A DNA stretch of 64,000 bases from Pavona decussata (Eukaryota): the NCBI GenBank assembly GCA_977016875.1, contig CDRNST010000144.1:6324001-6388000 (forward strand), given 5' to 3'. Below, in pieces: positions 13,774 through 27,250 of this stretch (position 1 is its first letter; every line of letters starts with the position of its first letter). Both the position numbers and the translations under genes were made by a program. The notes beneath the pieces were generated by a model. The model did no database searches, had not been told where the DNA came from, and saw only the letters and a program-made list of their open reading frames with translations.

Positions 13774-14241
13774 ATTCCGGACATGTTCCTGTCATTTCGA
13801 CGGATACAACTTTCACTTTTCTGTCCGTTATTATAACGAAGGGAAAATGATCGGTAGATACGTCTTTAAGACAGAAAATTCTTCCCACACTGGAAATCAA
13901 ATTTAACAATTTCTCGTCTTTCAATACGAATTCATCTACTTCTACTGAAGTAAAGAAAGGAGCACTCGGCCCTCATCCAAAAGAAGCAAAAATTCATGTT
14001 TTACAATGTCTAAATAAATTGCGTTAAAAAAAAAACATTTTGTTTCAGCTCTCGGATCGTTTACCGAATTGGAATTTAACTTGCTCTTTTTTGTTCCGGT
14101 AGAAAGTTCGAGAAACCCAATAGGAGAAACACAAAAATACACAATAAGGCGACAACGCACTAAGACAATATAAGTTAGGCAATGTTTTACCTGTTATGTT
14201 GTGTCGGACGAGTTCTGGCGGCGTTAAGAGTTGAAGGTTAG
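13774..14241 (+). repeat. Local duplication segment Y, copy 2
   Basis: Matches 10677-11123. Confidence 0.9.
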
Positions 14242-17200
14242 GGCTTATGTCATAAGAGAACCCGTTGTGTGTTGATGTTTCTCCTTCTTGACCAAGGGTT
14301 TTTTTTTCCGGGTCTCCAGCTTTCCTTATTTCCACAAATTATTCTATAACTTTCTACGCACCATTGTATGCTTGATCGATGTTTCAATGATCACAGCTTT
14401 CTGTGTGTTTCCATATGTGTCACCCGCCTTAAAAAAAATTTCGATTTACTTATGGTCTGGCCAAAAAGAAGGTTAATAGCGTGTAATTTCTGCGGAGTTA
14501 CAAATATAAGCGAAGAACACGATACTCCGTGTTGACGTTTATCCTATTGTTATTGTATCCTTTATTTTGTTACATATCTGTATACTTTATTCGAGGTCGT
14601 TTGTTTAGTCTACATCAGGATAAATCAATATGTGACGTCACACTGCTACAACTGGTGACCACCGACAAGCGATAAGCTAGTGACATTTCTGATCCATTTT
14701 TCACTACTTGAACAATAAAAGGACAGAAATGACTATCCCAATACTGGTCAGTTTTTGTCGATTTTTCACTGAACAATAAAACGATAGAAATCACTCTATT
14801 CCACTACTGGTCATGAGTTTTTGTCTCGTTAGCCAAAAACAATAGAAAACAATAAATTTACAATGCAGCTTGCGAGTCTTTAATGTGTATATAAATAGTA
14901 ACTTTTAAGTGCCGAAAATCCTTGAATGTAAAAATCAGATGAAAACAAATAAGCCTGTATCTCTCTTGCTTTAGAAAATTAAAAACTTCACACTCCGTAC
15001 TATGGCCGTTCCTTGGAGTTCAAATTGTTGGAAGTCATTGTTTCTTCTCATAAGTAGCTAATGACATACCGTCTGCGGCAGAGTCCTAATGTAAATAGTA
15101 AATAGAACGTAGTTTTGAAGCGAATTTTGAATAAAGCATTAAAAAAAATGAATTCCTCAGTATTCTGACCGCGGTATAGCGACCTGTTTTGGTCAAGGAA
15201 ATTTGAGACCGCTGCTTCAAGGCATTTTCCTTTCCTCAAAATTCAAAACTGAACCTAACGCTATAGATTAACCTAATAGTATCAACTAGCTAGGTTCAGT
15301 GTTTTCCAAAACCTATTTATAGACAGTTAGTCATGACTAGTAGGCATTTAAACAGAGCGCTAAGCCCAGGGTAAGAAGATTTACATTTGGATCTATCTAA
15401 CACACACTTGTTAATACCGTACACACTCACTTGGTAATATATTCGTATAATACTTTACGCGCCAAATTTGCATGAAAGATGATAGGAGCTTTCAACGGAA
15501 TTATCCTCCCTAAGCTATATTTCTCTATCATGTTTTTTCTAGACGCTTTAACTGGAAGATTTTGTCACCTAAAAAAATAATTCATTTTTTTGTCAAGCTA
15601 TTTTGTTATTTGCCATGTTAATGCAAATTCATAAAACACATCCATTTCCCCGAGGCGGTTTTTAATCTATTTCCAAAGATAGAAAAACTTGTTTATATAA
15701 TTAAGCAAACAAGCCCTCAAGGGTAATATCGCCGTCGATGAAGTATTGGCTTGGTTTATTATCGACCTCAAAAATTATCTCTGACGTTCGCAGATTTAAA
15801 ACGCGCGAAAGTTGCGTTTTAATCATTACAGGCGTAGGGCAACATTTGTGAGAGTTACATAATTTTAAAATGCCAACCGCTGTAATGGTGTGTTTCACTT
15901 CCTTTGATTCGCTTCTCTAGGGAAATTTGTGTATCCGATTAGGCTGCCGACAACTTCATGACCATGGAAGTAACTAGACACTCACTGTAACTCACGCAAG
16001 ACAGCTATGAACAGCCATTTGACACTAATGTTAGCTTTTCTTTAAAAGAATAAATTCAACACCAAATTAAGGTCTTTGAAGCTATCCAAGCACCTGTGCC
16101 TACCTTGATGGTAATGTTATCCAATGTGGTCCTTCTTTTTGCGCTAACGAACTTTCTTTCTGTATTTTGATTCGAGGGTTAAAGCTAGTAAAGTTAGGTT
16201 TTGTTTTTACTCTTTTGCAGCTCAGCTTTAGTAAAATATTGAGGAAAAAAATAAATCTACCACCTTAGAGATGCATTTTCAGACACCGGCGTATAATGGG
16301 TACATGAATACCTGACCGGCAAGAATACTTTTCACTCCCAGAGCTAGTGATTCCCTGTCAAGAACATTATGTTCTTATATCCAGAAAAAATTTAATGCAA
16401 AGCTTTTATTGAATTTTTAAGTTACGCTGTTTTTAGCTTGCTGCTCTATTAGAAGTAATGAAAATTTCAACGGGCAGTTATTGTAAAATGACAAATGGAA
16501 AAACAAATAATCATAAATTTTCAAATATCATCGATTTGTAGCCTCTTCAAAGGGTGTTAAATTACTTACCTGAAAAAAAAAAGATAATTTAGCCCCTTCG
16601 GGGCGTTAATGGTTTTAAAACCAACCTTAGGTATCACAGTAAGCTTGGCGCGGGACCATAAACCGTCGTTTTCAAGGGATAATCGCTCTACTTGTTTCGT
16701 CCGACTAACCTGGCATAAATTTCAAGTTGATGTGAGATTCAGCTAAAGCATACACTTTGGCCTTTTTAACCCATTATCTACAAAATTGCTTTCTGTTGTC
16801 AGTTGTCTTATAATGTATGACAGGTGGACCTGTATTATTATGTTCCAAATGTAATGCACCAACAACATGCTCGATATTCATGCGAAAGCGATTTGGTGAA
16901 CTTCTAGGCGCCAAAGACAATGCGAAAATTTGTCTTGCAGGGGTTAGGAAGCTTAAATACTCATAACTCTCAAGTTAAAAAGACAACTTGTCGTGTGAAC
17001 TACTCCTGAAAGCTTTTCACTTTATCGTCAAGCCCTTTCAGAAAGGAAGTTTTGCAGATTGACTAAAGCTGGTTAAATTAACGAAAACGGACGGTCCGAA
17101 AAAACCTATTTAAGGCTATCCTATGCAAATATTTCTAATTGTCGACCTTCAAATTGCAAGCCTTCGAGGTCTTTGTTTTGTTTTTATTCCAATAGAGTCT

Positions 17201-18059
17201 CGTATTGGTTTAAATATTTAATTGTTATTGTGAAGAGTTAAAAGCATGCCAGCCTTAAATTACAAGTGGGCGTTTCCAAACGAGGCAGCCGGTGAAACAT
17301 AAATAAAAATGAGGTCAACGAGATACTTTTCGGAATTATTTCGTTTAGATACTGACTGTATTTTCTTGTAGGTTGATAAGTTTTTCGCGACAACTAAGCC
17401 TGCCCACTGTTCTGTTGATGGCCTAGAAAATACCTGAACAATGACCAGAGCTTCGGTAATCAAATTCGACACTTTTTTATGCATGCCCAATAAATTAAAT
17501 ATCTTTTTGACGAAGAAAAATTGATGTCAAGTAACAAGCTGTGTTGATATTAATTCAACTCTATGAAAAAGCAACCTATTCTTGTAAATTGTAACAGTAC
17601 AACTAGTTACTATTTCAGTCGATAAATGGTATTGAGATCATCGTGTTTTATCGATAAACGGGCGGTGAAAATTACAGGGTTCGTGTGCTAGGTTGTTGCA
17701 ATAAACATGAACCGATAAATTGATGTAATTTTGTGGTATTTTCGTTTCCATTTAATTAAACAGCCATGGAGTAGAAGTGACAATGAAGCAACATTTTTAC
17801 TTTTGAGTTTATTCATGTTGAAAGCTTCGTTATAGTCTTCAATTTTCATTGTTCACTTTACCAAAACGAGCAAAATTAAACAGTACTCTTGAATAAGCTA
17901 AGAATAACAACACACTGTTTTCCAATGCAGACAACAAACGACTGAATGACTCATTAGCAGATTCGGCTCATTAGTGTTTTTCCACAATATATGTGATACC
18001 ACGGTTATTTATTATCCTCCTCAGGAAGTGTTAAATTTTCGGTCACGTCGAATGTAATT

Positions 18060-18520
18060 CAAGGCCAGATAACTTGGCAAAACACACCGCAAGTCAGGTC
18101 AGTAGCCTCATTCATGTGAGTTGAGTTCACAACTTGACGCCAGAGCTGCAGGAAGTTTTATACAATGTGAAGTTTACCTTGTGGCAAAAAAAAAGATAAC
18201 CGGACAAACAGGAAAAATTGGAATCGTTGGTCGTACAGGACCTGGAAAGTCGTCATAGGTTGCAGCTCTCTCTCATATCTCTCAAGTGACTGGTGACGTC
18301 TTTATTGGTGATGTTTATATCGGTGATATTAGCATTCAAAGCTCTCACCGAGCCATGGCAGTCATTACCCAGAATCCAGTTCTATTTACCGCTTCACTGC
18401 GCATGAATCTGGATCCCTTTGAAGAGCATCGAGACAAGGAACACTTGGATGCATTTCGTGAGGTTTACCTCGTGGCAAAAGGAAAAGAAGATTTATCGAA
18501 CAAACTGAAGGAAAATGATA
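18060..18520 (+). pseudogene. ABCC/MRP-type ABC transporter NBD2 fragment (pseudogene)
   Basis: KIGIVGRTGPGKSS* (Walker A followed by an in-frame stop), then AVITQNPVLFTASLRMNLDPFEEH (Q-loop region of ABCC NBD2). No signature motif or Walker B follows. Confidence 0.8.
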
Positions 18521-18859
18521 CTGAATTGCGCTACGCTATAAGCGATCAAGGAGTATAGTGATTTTACTTGACGCTGGAGACAAGGAGCCGTTATAGACTG
18601 TGCAAAGAAAACACCAAGAAACCTCTCCTGAAGATTGAACTATCCTTGAAATGTTGGCTTGCAACTAAACCCATCCACCCAATGGGCCAGTGTGTAAGCC
18701 TTGAAGCACGGTCTAAAAACCGCAAAATGAAACTGTTGTACGTTGTTGTTGTTGTTGTTGTTGTTGTAGAAGCAAACCTCGCACCATTACTGGTCTATGA
18801 TGCCTTCTTGGATTAAGAAGTCCTTATGGCTATATAACTTTAACTGAGACACTAACATA

Positions 18860-20353
18860 ATATGGATGGGACTGGGTCGAGGTATGGGGAGCGAATAGTC
18901 GTGTCAAATTTGAAATCTTCGCTTATCTATTTTTATTTGTTTTTGTCTTTTTTGTCTTTCTTTTCGCTTTTGTTTTTGTTTTTCCTTTTATATCTCGCTT
19001 CGATTCATTCAACGGTAACTCAACAGTTTCTCTGGTTACCGTCTTTTGTTCAAAATTCCTGTTTAGTGTTAACTATTGTTCCCAGTGTTGTGTTGGGGGT
19101 TTTGCAAGTTTGTTTTTTCTTTTGGAGGTATGCAAATTTAATATATTTCGAAGTAAGAGGTAAAATTAGGGTGATCTACTATCAAGTTTGGTGGCGAGTG
19201 GTACATATTTGTGTAAAGGTAATTAATGAATTTTGCATTTAAATTAGTATCTCTAAATGCTCGAGGGATTCGTTCTTTTGAAAAACGTAAAGCGGTGTTT
19301 GGATGGCTAATGAAGCAGGAGCTGACATTTGTTTTTTGCAAGAAACGTATAGCACCAAAGAAGTAGAAAATATCCGGAAACATCAGTGGAAAGGTGACAT
19401 GTTTTTTTTTTCTCATGCTGCACTTACGAGTACCACTTCAAAGCTTCTTTACAAAGAATTTTGTTCGCATAAAACAACTCCCCCTACTGCTCAAACCAAA
19501 CTTGAAGATAAATATCCAAACTTTTCCTTTAAATGGAAGGAAATCTATTCCTTAGCCTTTGGTGTTACTTTAGACACAAAACTAAGAACTTTTCATTACA
19601 AGAATTGTGTTCACAAACGATAAATTGTTTTGTTTCAATATTGTCGAATCCCCTTTGTGCACGTTCTGCACAGTTGATGAGGAATCTCTTGAGCATTTAC
19701 TTTTTTTCTGCGAAGTAACAGAGCTATTTTGGAAAGAGATTCTATCCTGGCTGGCTCGTTGCAGAGGTGAAGTCGTTGATCTTTCATTTACTAATATCCT
19801 TTTTGGTAAACTTGATAGAGATATTGATTTCATGGTAATTAACCATTTTATCTTATTAGCAAAATTCGTTATTTATTGGTGTAAACTCAACAAAATCTTT
19901 CCGTCATTTGAAGTTTTCAAAGGGAAATTAAAAGCCACATGTGATTTAGAGCTATTTATTGCTAGGAAAAATGATTCTTTTTTAAAGCACTATAGTAAAT
20001 GGGAACCCTTTACCTCACTTTTTTAATAAATACCTTTTTCTTTTTTTGAACGAGCTGGCCAAAAAATAAAAAAATCAGAGATACGTAGAACTAAATGTAA
20101 ACTGCCATCACAAACTTTTTGTTCCTTAATATGAAATTTTTACACTCTATTATTGTTAGTATGCTGTTTGGCCTTTGTGTGTGTGTGTGTGGGTGAAAGG
20201 GAGGGGCTTGATATAGGTTTTTGCGTTGTACATTATTACTTTTATTTTATATTGTGAGTATTGTAAAGTAATCGTTAGTAGTGTTCAGTATTGTAAATAT
20301 CGGGTCGCGTAAGGCAAATAAAAAAAATAAAATAAAAAATAAAATAAAAATAA
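18860..20353 (+). mobile_element. Tx1/L1-clade LINE derivative with large internal deletion
   Basis: ATG 19226: MNFAFKLVSLNARGIRSFEKRKAVFGWL..DICFLQETYS (APE endonuclease N-terminus). Joined at about 19415 to the ORF2 C-terminus with CTFC..EESLEHLLFFC zinc knuckle. A-rich tail 20315-20353. Confidence 0.85.
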
Positions 20354-20359
20354 CAATAT

Positions 20360-20600
20360 GGATATCAGAGCTTCTTCCAGACTGAATCGGCTGTTTTACG
20401 GGCACGATTGCGTCTATGACAAACCTGATAAATTGCCAAAGAAAGTGTATCTGAAAATTATTCCTTTTGTTCCCCAGTGCTACTCTCTCACAGCAAATCC
20501 CAGTTGCTCAACAGCTGTTCTTCTCAAGAAGATGGATGATGATATTATCGTTAAACAAGAGGAGCACATACCCTGGCTGTCACCTTTGCCAGTGACTGAC
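20360..20600 (+). mobile_element. Degenerate Gypsy-type pol fragment (start of RT)
   Basis: KLPKKVYLKIIPFVP...KKMDDDIIVKQEEHIPWLSPL resembles the 'MExxGIIxKxxEPTPWVSP' RT start. Confidence 0.45.
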
Positions 20601-21184
20601 GTGATATGGCTTGCAATAGATTAGGGAAAACTGACAACAAGAACACTACACGATGAAACAAAGATGTTTGAGTTTGTTTTTACACATGAGACGTCCCCAA
20701 GACGCTTAATGGCCCCAATATCCAATGGTTACAGGAGAGGAGAATGTCTACAGTCGACGTGCAGCTGCTAAGGAGTTTACCTCCCTTGGGGAAAGCAGTG
20801 GATGCTGGTAACTCCCCGCTCAAAGTTGTTAACATTGAACACCTATTCGGTGCGACATCGATTTACAAGACTCCCTTTTGGGCCAGATACTTTGTGAGCT
20901 CGAACAGTGCAGACGTATGAAGCCCTGCTCCGCAAATTGTTAACTGCTTTAATGGTAAATATTACTCATGCCAAAATTGAAGTCTTTATAAAAAGGGTAT
21001 GATTCATTGAAAATTCAATTGAAAGCGTTTGAGCAAGAAATGGCAATACACAAGGAGAAAATAAGCACTCACCGCCAAGAAGCAAGACCGTCAAGATGGA
21101 CTGCAGATCTTATCGGACGCATAGAACGACCTCGCCACCTTCAAACAAACTGTTGGCGCGGAAATAAATCGATTATCAGACAGA

Positions 21185-21495
21185 TAAATAAATAAATAAA
21201 TAAATAAATAAATTAATTAATTAATTAATTAAATAACAATGTTCAACGAGGGTGAAACTTACTAGTCTGTTATGACTGACAACCCTGTGGCCCTCAGATT
21301 CCAGATCGAATTGGAATTTGGAAATGTTGGTCTTTGAGCAGAAGGGAAAATCGAAGTACCCGGGAAAAACCTCTCGGAACAAGGATGAAAACAACAAACT
21401 GAGCCAAAATATAACGCCGAGTCCGGGAATCGAACCCGGGCGACATTGGTCGTAGCAGTCGAGTGCTCTCACCCCTGCGCTATCCCTCCTCCCCT
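21185..21495 (-). mobile_element. tRNA-derived SINE (V-domain-like core) with (TTTA)n tail
   Basis: Minus strand has a tRNA head with B box GGTTCGATTCCC and core GTTTTTCCCGGGTACTTCGATTTTCCC. (TAAA)n on the plus strand at 21185-21232. Confidence 0.75.
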
Positions 21496-21569
21496 TATCG
21501 AAGAAACTAGCAGAATAATCAACATCAGTTAACTCGGTCACTGAAGCTATCGAAGCTATGTAACAATAC

Positions 21570-24500
21570 CTTCACCTTCACCTATCCACTTTGTGCCATG
21601 TGGCACATAAGGCCTCAACACAACTCCGCCAATCAGCTCTGTCAGCCGCGGCGATTTGTACCTCACTCCAATTCTTCCATCTAGCCTTTTCCCTTTCCCT
21701 CTCCGCCGTCCTCCTCCATGTTGTCCTTGGTCTGCCCCGTTTTTGTCGCAATTCTGGTGTCCAGGATAATGCAGTCCTGCAGTCATTATTCGGTTCTTTC
21801 CTCATGAAGTGGCTGATAAATTTCCATCTCCGCCTTTGCACGTCCTCACTGAGATTTTCCATCTCAGCCATTATCAGGACTTCTTTGTTTGTAGTTCTTT
21901 CCTGCCAGCGTATCTTAAATATCCGTCTAAGACATCTGCTTTGGAAGACGTCGATTTTGTTTTCATCACTTTTATTCATCTTCCACGTCTCGCAGCCATA
22001 CATCAAGACTGGCTTTACCCGTGTCTTATATAGCCTGACTTTGGTTCGTCGACTGATGCTGTTGCTACTCCAAATCTTTTTCAATCTCAAGAATACCCCT
22101 CTTGCTTTGACTACTCTGTTGTGGATGTCTTCAGTGCCTCCGCCCTCTTTGGAAACTGTAGCACCCAAGTACACAAATCTATCAACATCCTCTATTCCTC
22201 GTCCATTTACCTCCACCACATCGTTGTTCCGCGAATTTATTCGTAGCAGTTTACATTTGTCTACATTGACTTTCAGTCCCAATCTTTCTGCTTCATGGGC
22301 CAACTCATCGGTCTTAGTCTGAATGTGCTGCCTGGTTGATGACAAAAGGGCTATATCATCTGCAAAGTCTAGATCCTCGAGCTTTGTGGTGAACTTCCAT
22401 CTTATACCGGTGTTCCCCTCTTGCAAGGTATTTCTCATTACCCAGTCAACGACTAGTAGGAATGGTAAACCTGACATGTTACAGCTCTGTTTTACTCCAG
22501 TTTTGATCTTAAACCATCCGTTGTATCCTGGCCATCCACTACTGCGCATTGAAAGTCATCATAAAGCGCTTTCACCATGTTGATTATCTTAGATGGTATG
22601 CCGTAGCTTCTCATAATCAACCATAGGCTATCCCTGTGGACTGAACCGAACGCTTTCTCGAAGTCTATGAAGTTAACGTACAATGATAACTGCCACTCTA
22701 TTGACAGTTCCATGACATTTCTCAATATGAAAATTTGCTCAGTAGTTCCTCTACCTGGTCGAAAACCTGCTTGTTCCTTTCTGAGCTTCGACTCTACTCC
22801 AATTCGTATCCTGTCGATCACAATTCTCCCCATGACCTTACATTCCTTCAGATTTCCTTTTTTCGGCAGTTTGACAATCAGTCCTTTTCTCCATTTTCTT
22901 GGTGTCTTCTCATCTCTCCACACTATGTCTATGATCTCCTTGACTTTAGTGGTAGCATAGTCAATGTCAGCTTTAAGCAGCTCTGCTTGTAAGTTGTCAA
23001 TTCCCAGTGCTTTTCCATTTTCAGATGCCCTATCGCCTTCCTTACTTCGGTCCTGCTGGGTTCAGATGTATCAATGTCTTCTATTTCATCCGGCAGTTCT
23101 GTCTCAATTTCGTTTACTGGATTGCTAGGGTTCTCCCTATTTAGTACTTCAGAGAAGTGCTCCAGCCATCGTTTGGTTTTACTTTCTTTATCATTAAGGA
23201 TCTTGCCGTTTTTGTCCATTACTGCAGCACTCTGCGTTGGCCTTTCGTTGCTTAATACTTTTGTCAGGGCATACAGTGTTTTCATGTGTTGTTGTTGTTT
23301 AGCCGCATTTTCAGCTTCTTCTGCAATCTCTTCTGTCCATCTTCTTTTATCCACCCTAAACTGTCTTTTAACTTCCCTATCCTTCTGTCGGTATTTATCA
23401 TGCCATCTCTTTTTTTGCCTCTCTGATCTTGCACCAATTAACTTCTGTTTAATGGCTTTCCTATGGTCTATCAGAGTCCAAGCTTCCTGGCTTAACCATG
23501 GCTTGTTTTTCTTTTTCTTATACCCTAGGACCTCTTCTCCCTTTTGTACATAAGCTTTCTCCATTATCTCACTTTTCCTTTCCACTTTGTCTCTTTCATC
23601 TTCCTCTTCTTCCTCGGTCATTGGCTCATCTACTGCTAGTGCCTGGAATCTGTTCTTCAGCTGTATGTTAAACCTTCTGTGTATATCATTGTTTTGGAGT
23701 TTCTGTGTGTTAAACTTCTTCTTGGTGACTTACTGATTTAGTTCCTTATCTCCTCTGGGAGAATAGGGCCGTGAAAAACTTCTCCTTGGTACTCTTTGTC
23801 AACGGTGCTCTTTTGAGCTTTAACTTGATGGTTGATCGTACAAGGTAATGGTCACTGGCCACATCTGCTGACCTCATGGACCTGGTATCTAACACTGACG
23901 TTCTAAATCTTCTGTTAACCAGAGTGTGATCTATCTTATTTTTTGTTCTTCCATCGGGCGACACCCAGGTTTGCTTGTGAATTTCCTTGTGAGGAAATAC
24001 TGTTCCAGTGATAACCATTTCATTAAAATTGCAGAATTCTTTCAGTCTTTCTCCATTATCATTAACGGTGCCCAGCCCGTGTCTTCCCATTACTCTTTCA
24101 AGGCCGTTGACAAGGTTTCCCACCGTTGCATTCATGTCTCCAGTGATGATTAACATATCATGATTGTGTACCTGTTCAGCTACTTCTGGTAGTTTCCCGT
24201 AGAAATCTTCTTTCGTTTGCTCATCGGCATAATTGGTTGGCGCGTACACATGTATCATCGTAAGCTTGACAAACTTAGAGTAGAATCTTGCCTTTATTAT
24301 TCTCTCATTAATTGGTGACCAGTCAATTAGAGCCTTTGTTGCCTCTTTTGTCATCATTATCGCCACGCCTTGCATGTGTTGATCGTCATCTCGTCCTGAG
24401 TAAAGTACTGTTTCGCCTGAACTCAATTTCATTCTACCTGCTCCTGTCCATCGGCACTCACTTATTCCCATAATTTGGATCTTCATCTGATTCATCACTC

Positions 24501-24910
24501 TCGCAACGTGTGCAGATTTTCCTGTAGTATACATCGTTCTCACATTCCAGTTCCCTATTCTTATGTGAGCACTTGATGTCATTAGTGGTTTGTTTAGCTC
24601 CTGACCTTCCTCTCGGCTTTGGCTCAAGGGCGTCGTGCTTTGCTTACTTAAGCAAGGTACCACATTGGCACCAAGAGAAGATTGCGTTCGAGTGTTTAAG
24701 GTTTCTGTAATCTGCTTTGTTTTAAGGGGATGGGTGATTAGCCCACCGCCCAACCCCCAACCTGGAGGACCAGGGGCTGTACTTTGTCTGGCTTCTACCC
24801 CTCGACCAATCCGGCATGGTTAGACCTGCCAGGGACTAGAGTCCCAGCTCTTAGGGTCATTGAGACACCCAAGCCTCACCACCACTACAAGGTGACAGCC
24901 CAAGGTGAAG
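21570..24910 (-). mobile_element. Near full-length RTE-clade LINE (APE endonuclease + RT), frameshifted
   Basis: IGNWNVRTM, ISECRW, TGDMNA and SDHYLV (APE). QAGFRPGR, FIDFEKAF and LDFADDIALL (RT). C-terminal RGRPRTTW. (TGAAGG)n tail. 12-bp TSD ATGTAACAATAC at 21558-21569 and 24911-24922. Confidence 0.95.
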
Positions 24911-25064
24911 ATGTAACAATACAGCTATCAATAAAACATTTCGGTTCAGTCTCATCAGGTTCGATGTCGTTATTTTTCTACAAACAATTTCCATGATCTC
25001 AAAGAAAAACGCCACCTGAGAAGCCGACTGATTCACTTATTACTCGAGCTAGATTATTATTTTA

Positions 25065-25450
25065 GCATCATCGGACATTTCAAGCTTTGTGGATAAGCAT
25101 TCAGTATCTTGGTTCCAGAAAAGATATTATCTGTAGCATGATCTGCAGGCTACATAACTCTGCAGAACGCTTTCAATCGTATTTTGAGGAATCCTGCGAA
25201 AAATACGCAGCCAGAGGTAAACCAGTCTATATATTATGGGCGACTGATGACAAATCAACTCGCGTACGTAAATCAACCACGCTAATGTATAACATCCTCA
25301 TAAGTAACCCAGAACAACCTAAAATTAGCGTTTGACACCGTGACATGCTCTTTCAATAGTTATACCACTATGGTATAAGAGGAATTGTTAATGATTGATG
25401 CTCTTCCTATTTGCGATTTCGAATGCAGACAACTAATGTTAGCTTAAGTA
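25065..25450 (+). mobile_element. Degenerate CR1/L2-group LINE fragments (endonuclease and RT pieces)
   Basis: FQALWISIQ..DIICSMICRLHNSAERFQSYFEE..PVYI(MGD); DKSTRV..TLMYNIL; LYHYGIRGIVND*CSSYL..RMQ. Confidence 0.65.
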
Positions 25451-26132
25451 TCTCCGTATAGAGAAAATATATAATTATAATAAAAACCTTCCCAGAATCT
25501 TTTGCACCTGAAAAATTGCAAATGCTAAATGACATTGTTGATTTGAAGGCAAGGAGGATGATTTACATGTACTCATATAACTCCGTTGAATGTCTCCTGT
25601 TCAGCGACTTGTCAAGTTAAAAATAAAAGCAAACTCGTATACGAGGTTTGAATGTAAGCTCGAATGGCATCGACGGTTTCCTTCGATTCTGACTCCATCA
25701 TATCTTGAATACATTTTTTTTTCATTGGTGGTAGCCTGGAAACGGGCGAGGAAAGTTAACAAGAGAGCCCGGGAAAAATTCTTGGAACCGAAAAGGAGGC
25801 CACTATTTTCGCGCCTTTTCTCGGGCTACCATTCGGCTATCATACATGCAGTGTTGGTCGCGTCAGCTGAAAGTGCTGTTCCTCGTTTCTCCGAGAAAGC
25901 GTTTTGCGAAATTGTTTTGCTTGCTGTTTTTTTCGCTCTTTTCCAGTGAAAAGTTGTGAACAGCTTATTCGACAGTGGACAAGACTACATTTGTGACTAC
26001 GCTTCTACGCAGGTCAATTCAGCTGTTGAGAAAAACAAAGCTAAGTGCTGTGTTTTATTCCTTCTTGAATTGCGCATTTTATCGACCTTTCAGAGAGGTC
26101 GACATAAATTTCAATTATCACGTAAACAAACT

Positions 26133-26262
26133 TGGCCCCCAGTTTCAAAGAGCAGATAACTTTATCCAGTGGATAGATCGCTATCCAGTGGATAAAATGT
26201 AGTCAAACGAAGTACATTTTATTCAATGGATAAAGTTATCCGCCCTTTGAGAAACTAGAGCG
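26133..26262. mobile_element. Short palindromic MITE
   Basis: CCAGTTTCAAAGAGCAGATAACTTTATCCAGTGGATA ... GGATAAAGTTATCCGCCCTTTGAGAAACT inverted symmetry. Confidence 0.6.
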
Positions 26263-26639
26263 AGTAGGGCCTGTTGTATAACTTTACGTACACCGCTTCA
26301 AACACTCGTTTTCTTCCGATTGTTGTGTTGAATTTAGTTTGTAGATATCACATATTTACCAACTTGGACAGCAGCTTGGAATTTTTTTCATCGAGATCCA
26401 TCGCAAAAGTCGTTGGTGTTTGATCCAAGATATCAGTTGCCGCAAGACTTCCGAGCACAGAATATCTTTCTCGAGGCTCATAGAGTTTGTTCTGAGTACT
26501 TTTTCTGATACATTAAGTAAAGAGCTTGTGATGCAAAATTTAACCCCAACAAAATGGGGTCTACTTTTCCCCCACCACTAGGCGACGCACGAATCGCGTA
26601 ACGAAAGTAATTTCGATTGGCAAATTTCTAAACTGTCAA

Positions 26640-27250
26640 TCAAGCCGACTAGCCTTCCTTACACGACAGGCGACTACAAGACATTTCAATTCTTATGCTT
26701 AAAGTTAAGCATAAGCTATTACCACAGGGAATCTGAGATCTCTTCACATCGAGCCTCTCCCCCTATAACTAAAGAAAGGCTGATTTCATTCTTCCTCGCT
26801 TTAGCTCTGACACCCTCGAAAAGCAATCCCTACGGTACACAGGACGGAAACTAAGAAACAACCTCCCTACTGAAGCCAGAAACACTTTATCACTAAAACA
26901 ATTTAAATTCTTTATTCGTAAAGCTGATCTGACTACGATTCTTGACACCAATCTTTGCAAAAACTGTACTCCGCCACATAATTCTCACTTACCTCCATGT
27001 ATATGGCAATGACAGCAATGTGAATATTATTACTTTTAATTTTAGTAATAGTTTTTTTTCAAATTCTTCGATCTTGTAACTTTAGGTGCCTCCAGTCAAA
27101 TTGTTTCATTTTTAGCTTTAGGATATCTGAATACGGCAATGATAGGATGTATCGGGGACGTATGTAACATTTAAACTTTAGTATTTTAGGTTTAGGAAAC
27201 CTGTAATGTTTACTACACAACACCGACATGTACGTACGTACGTTCGTTCC
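26640..27250 (+). mobile_element. 3' end of L2/CR1-group LINE
   Basis: PSLHDRRLQDISILMLKVKHKLLP...DFILPRF..KQSLRYTG...LPTEARNTLSLKQFK. (TACG)n tail near 27230. Confidence 0.7.

Noticed and set aside
13484-13906. 140-aa ORF in duplicated segment Y
   Set aside because: Non-ATG start, frame not preserved in the other copy, no domain motif.
21591-23553. Long plus-strand ORFs (243, 159 aa and others)
   Set aside because: Antisense shadows of the RTE coding sequence.
24740-24910. Canonical HDV-like ribozyme in the RTE 5' UTR
   Set aside because: Could not assign P1/P1.1/P3 by eye; reported only as a structured UTR candidate.
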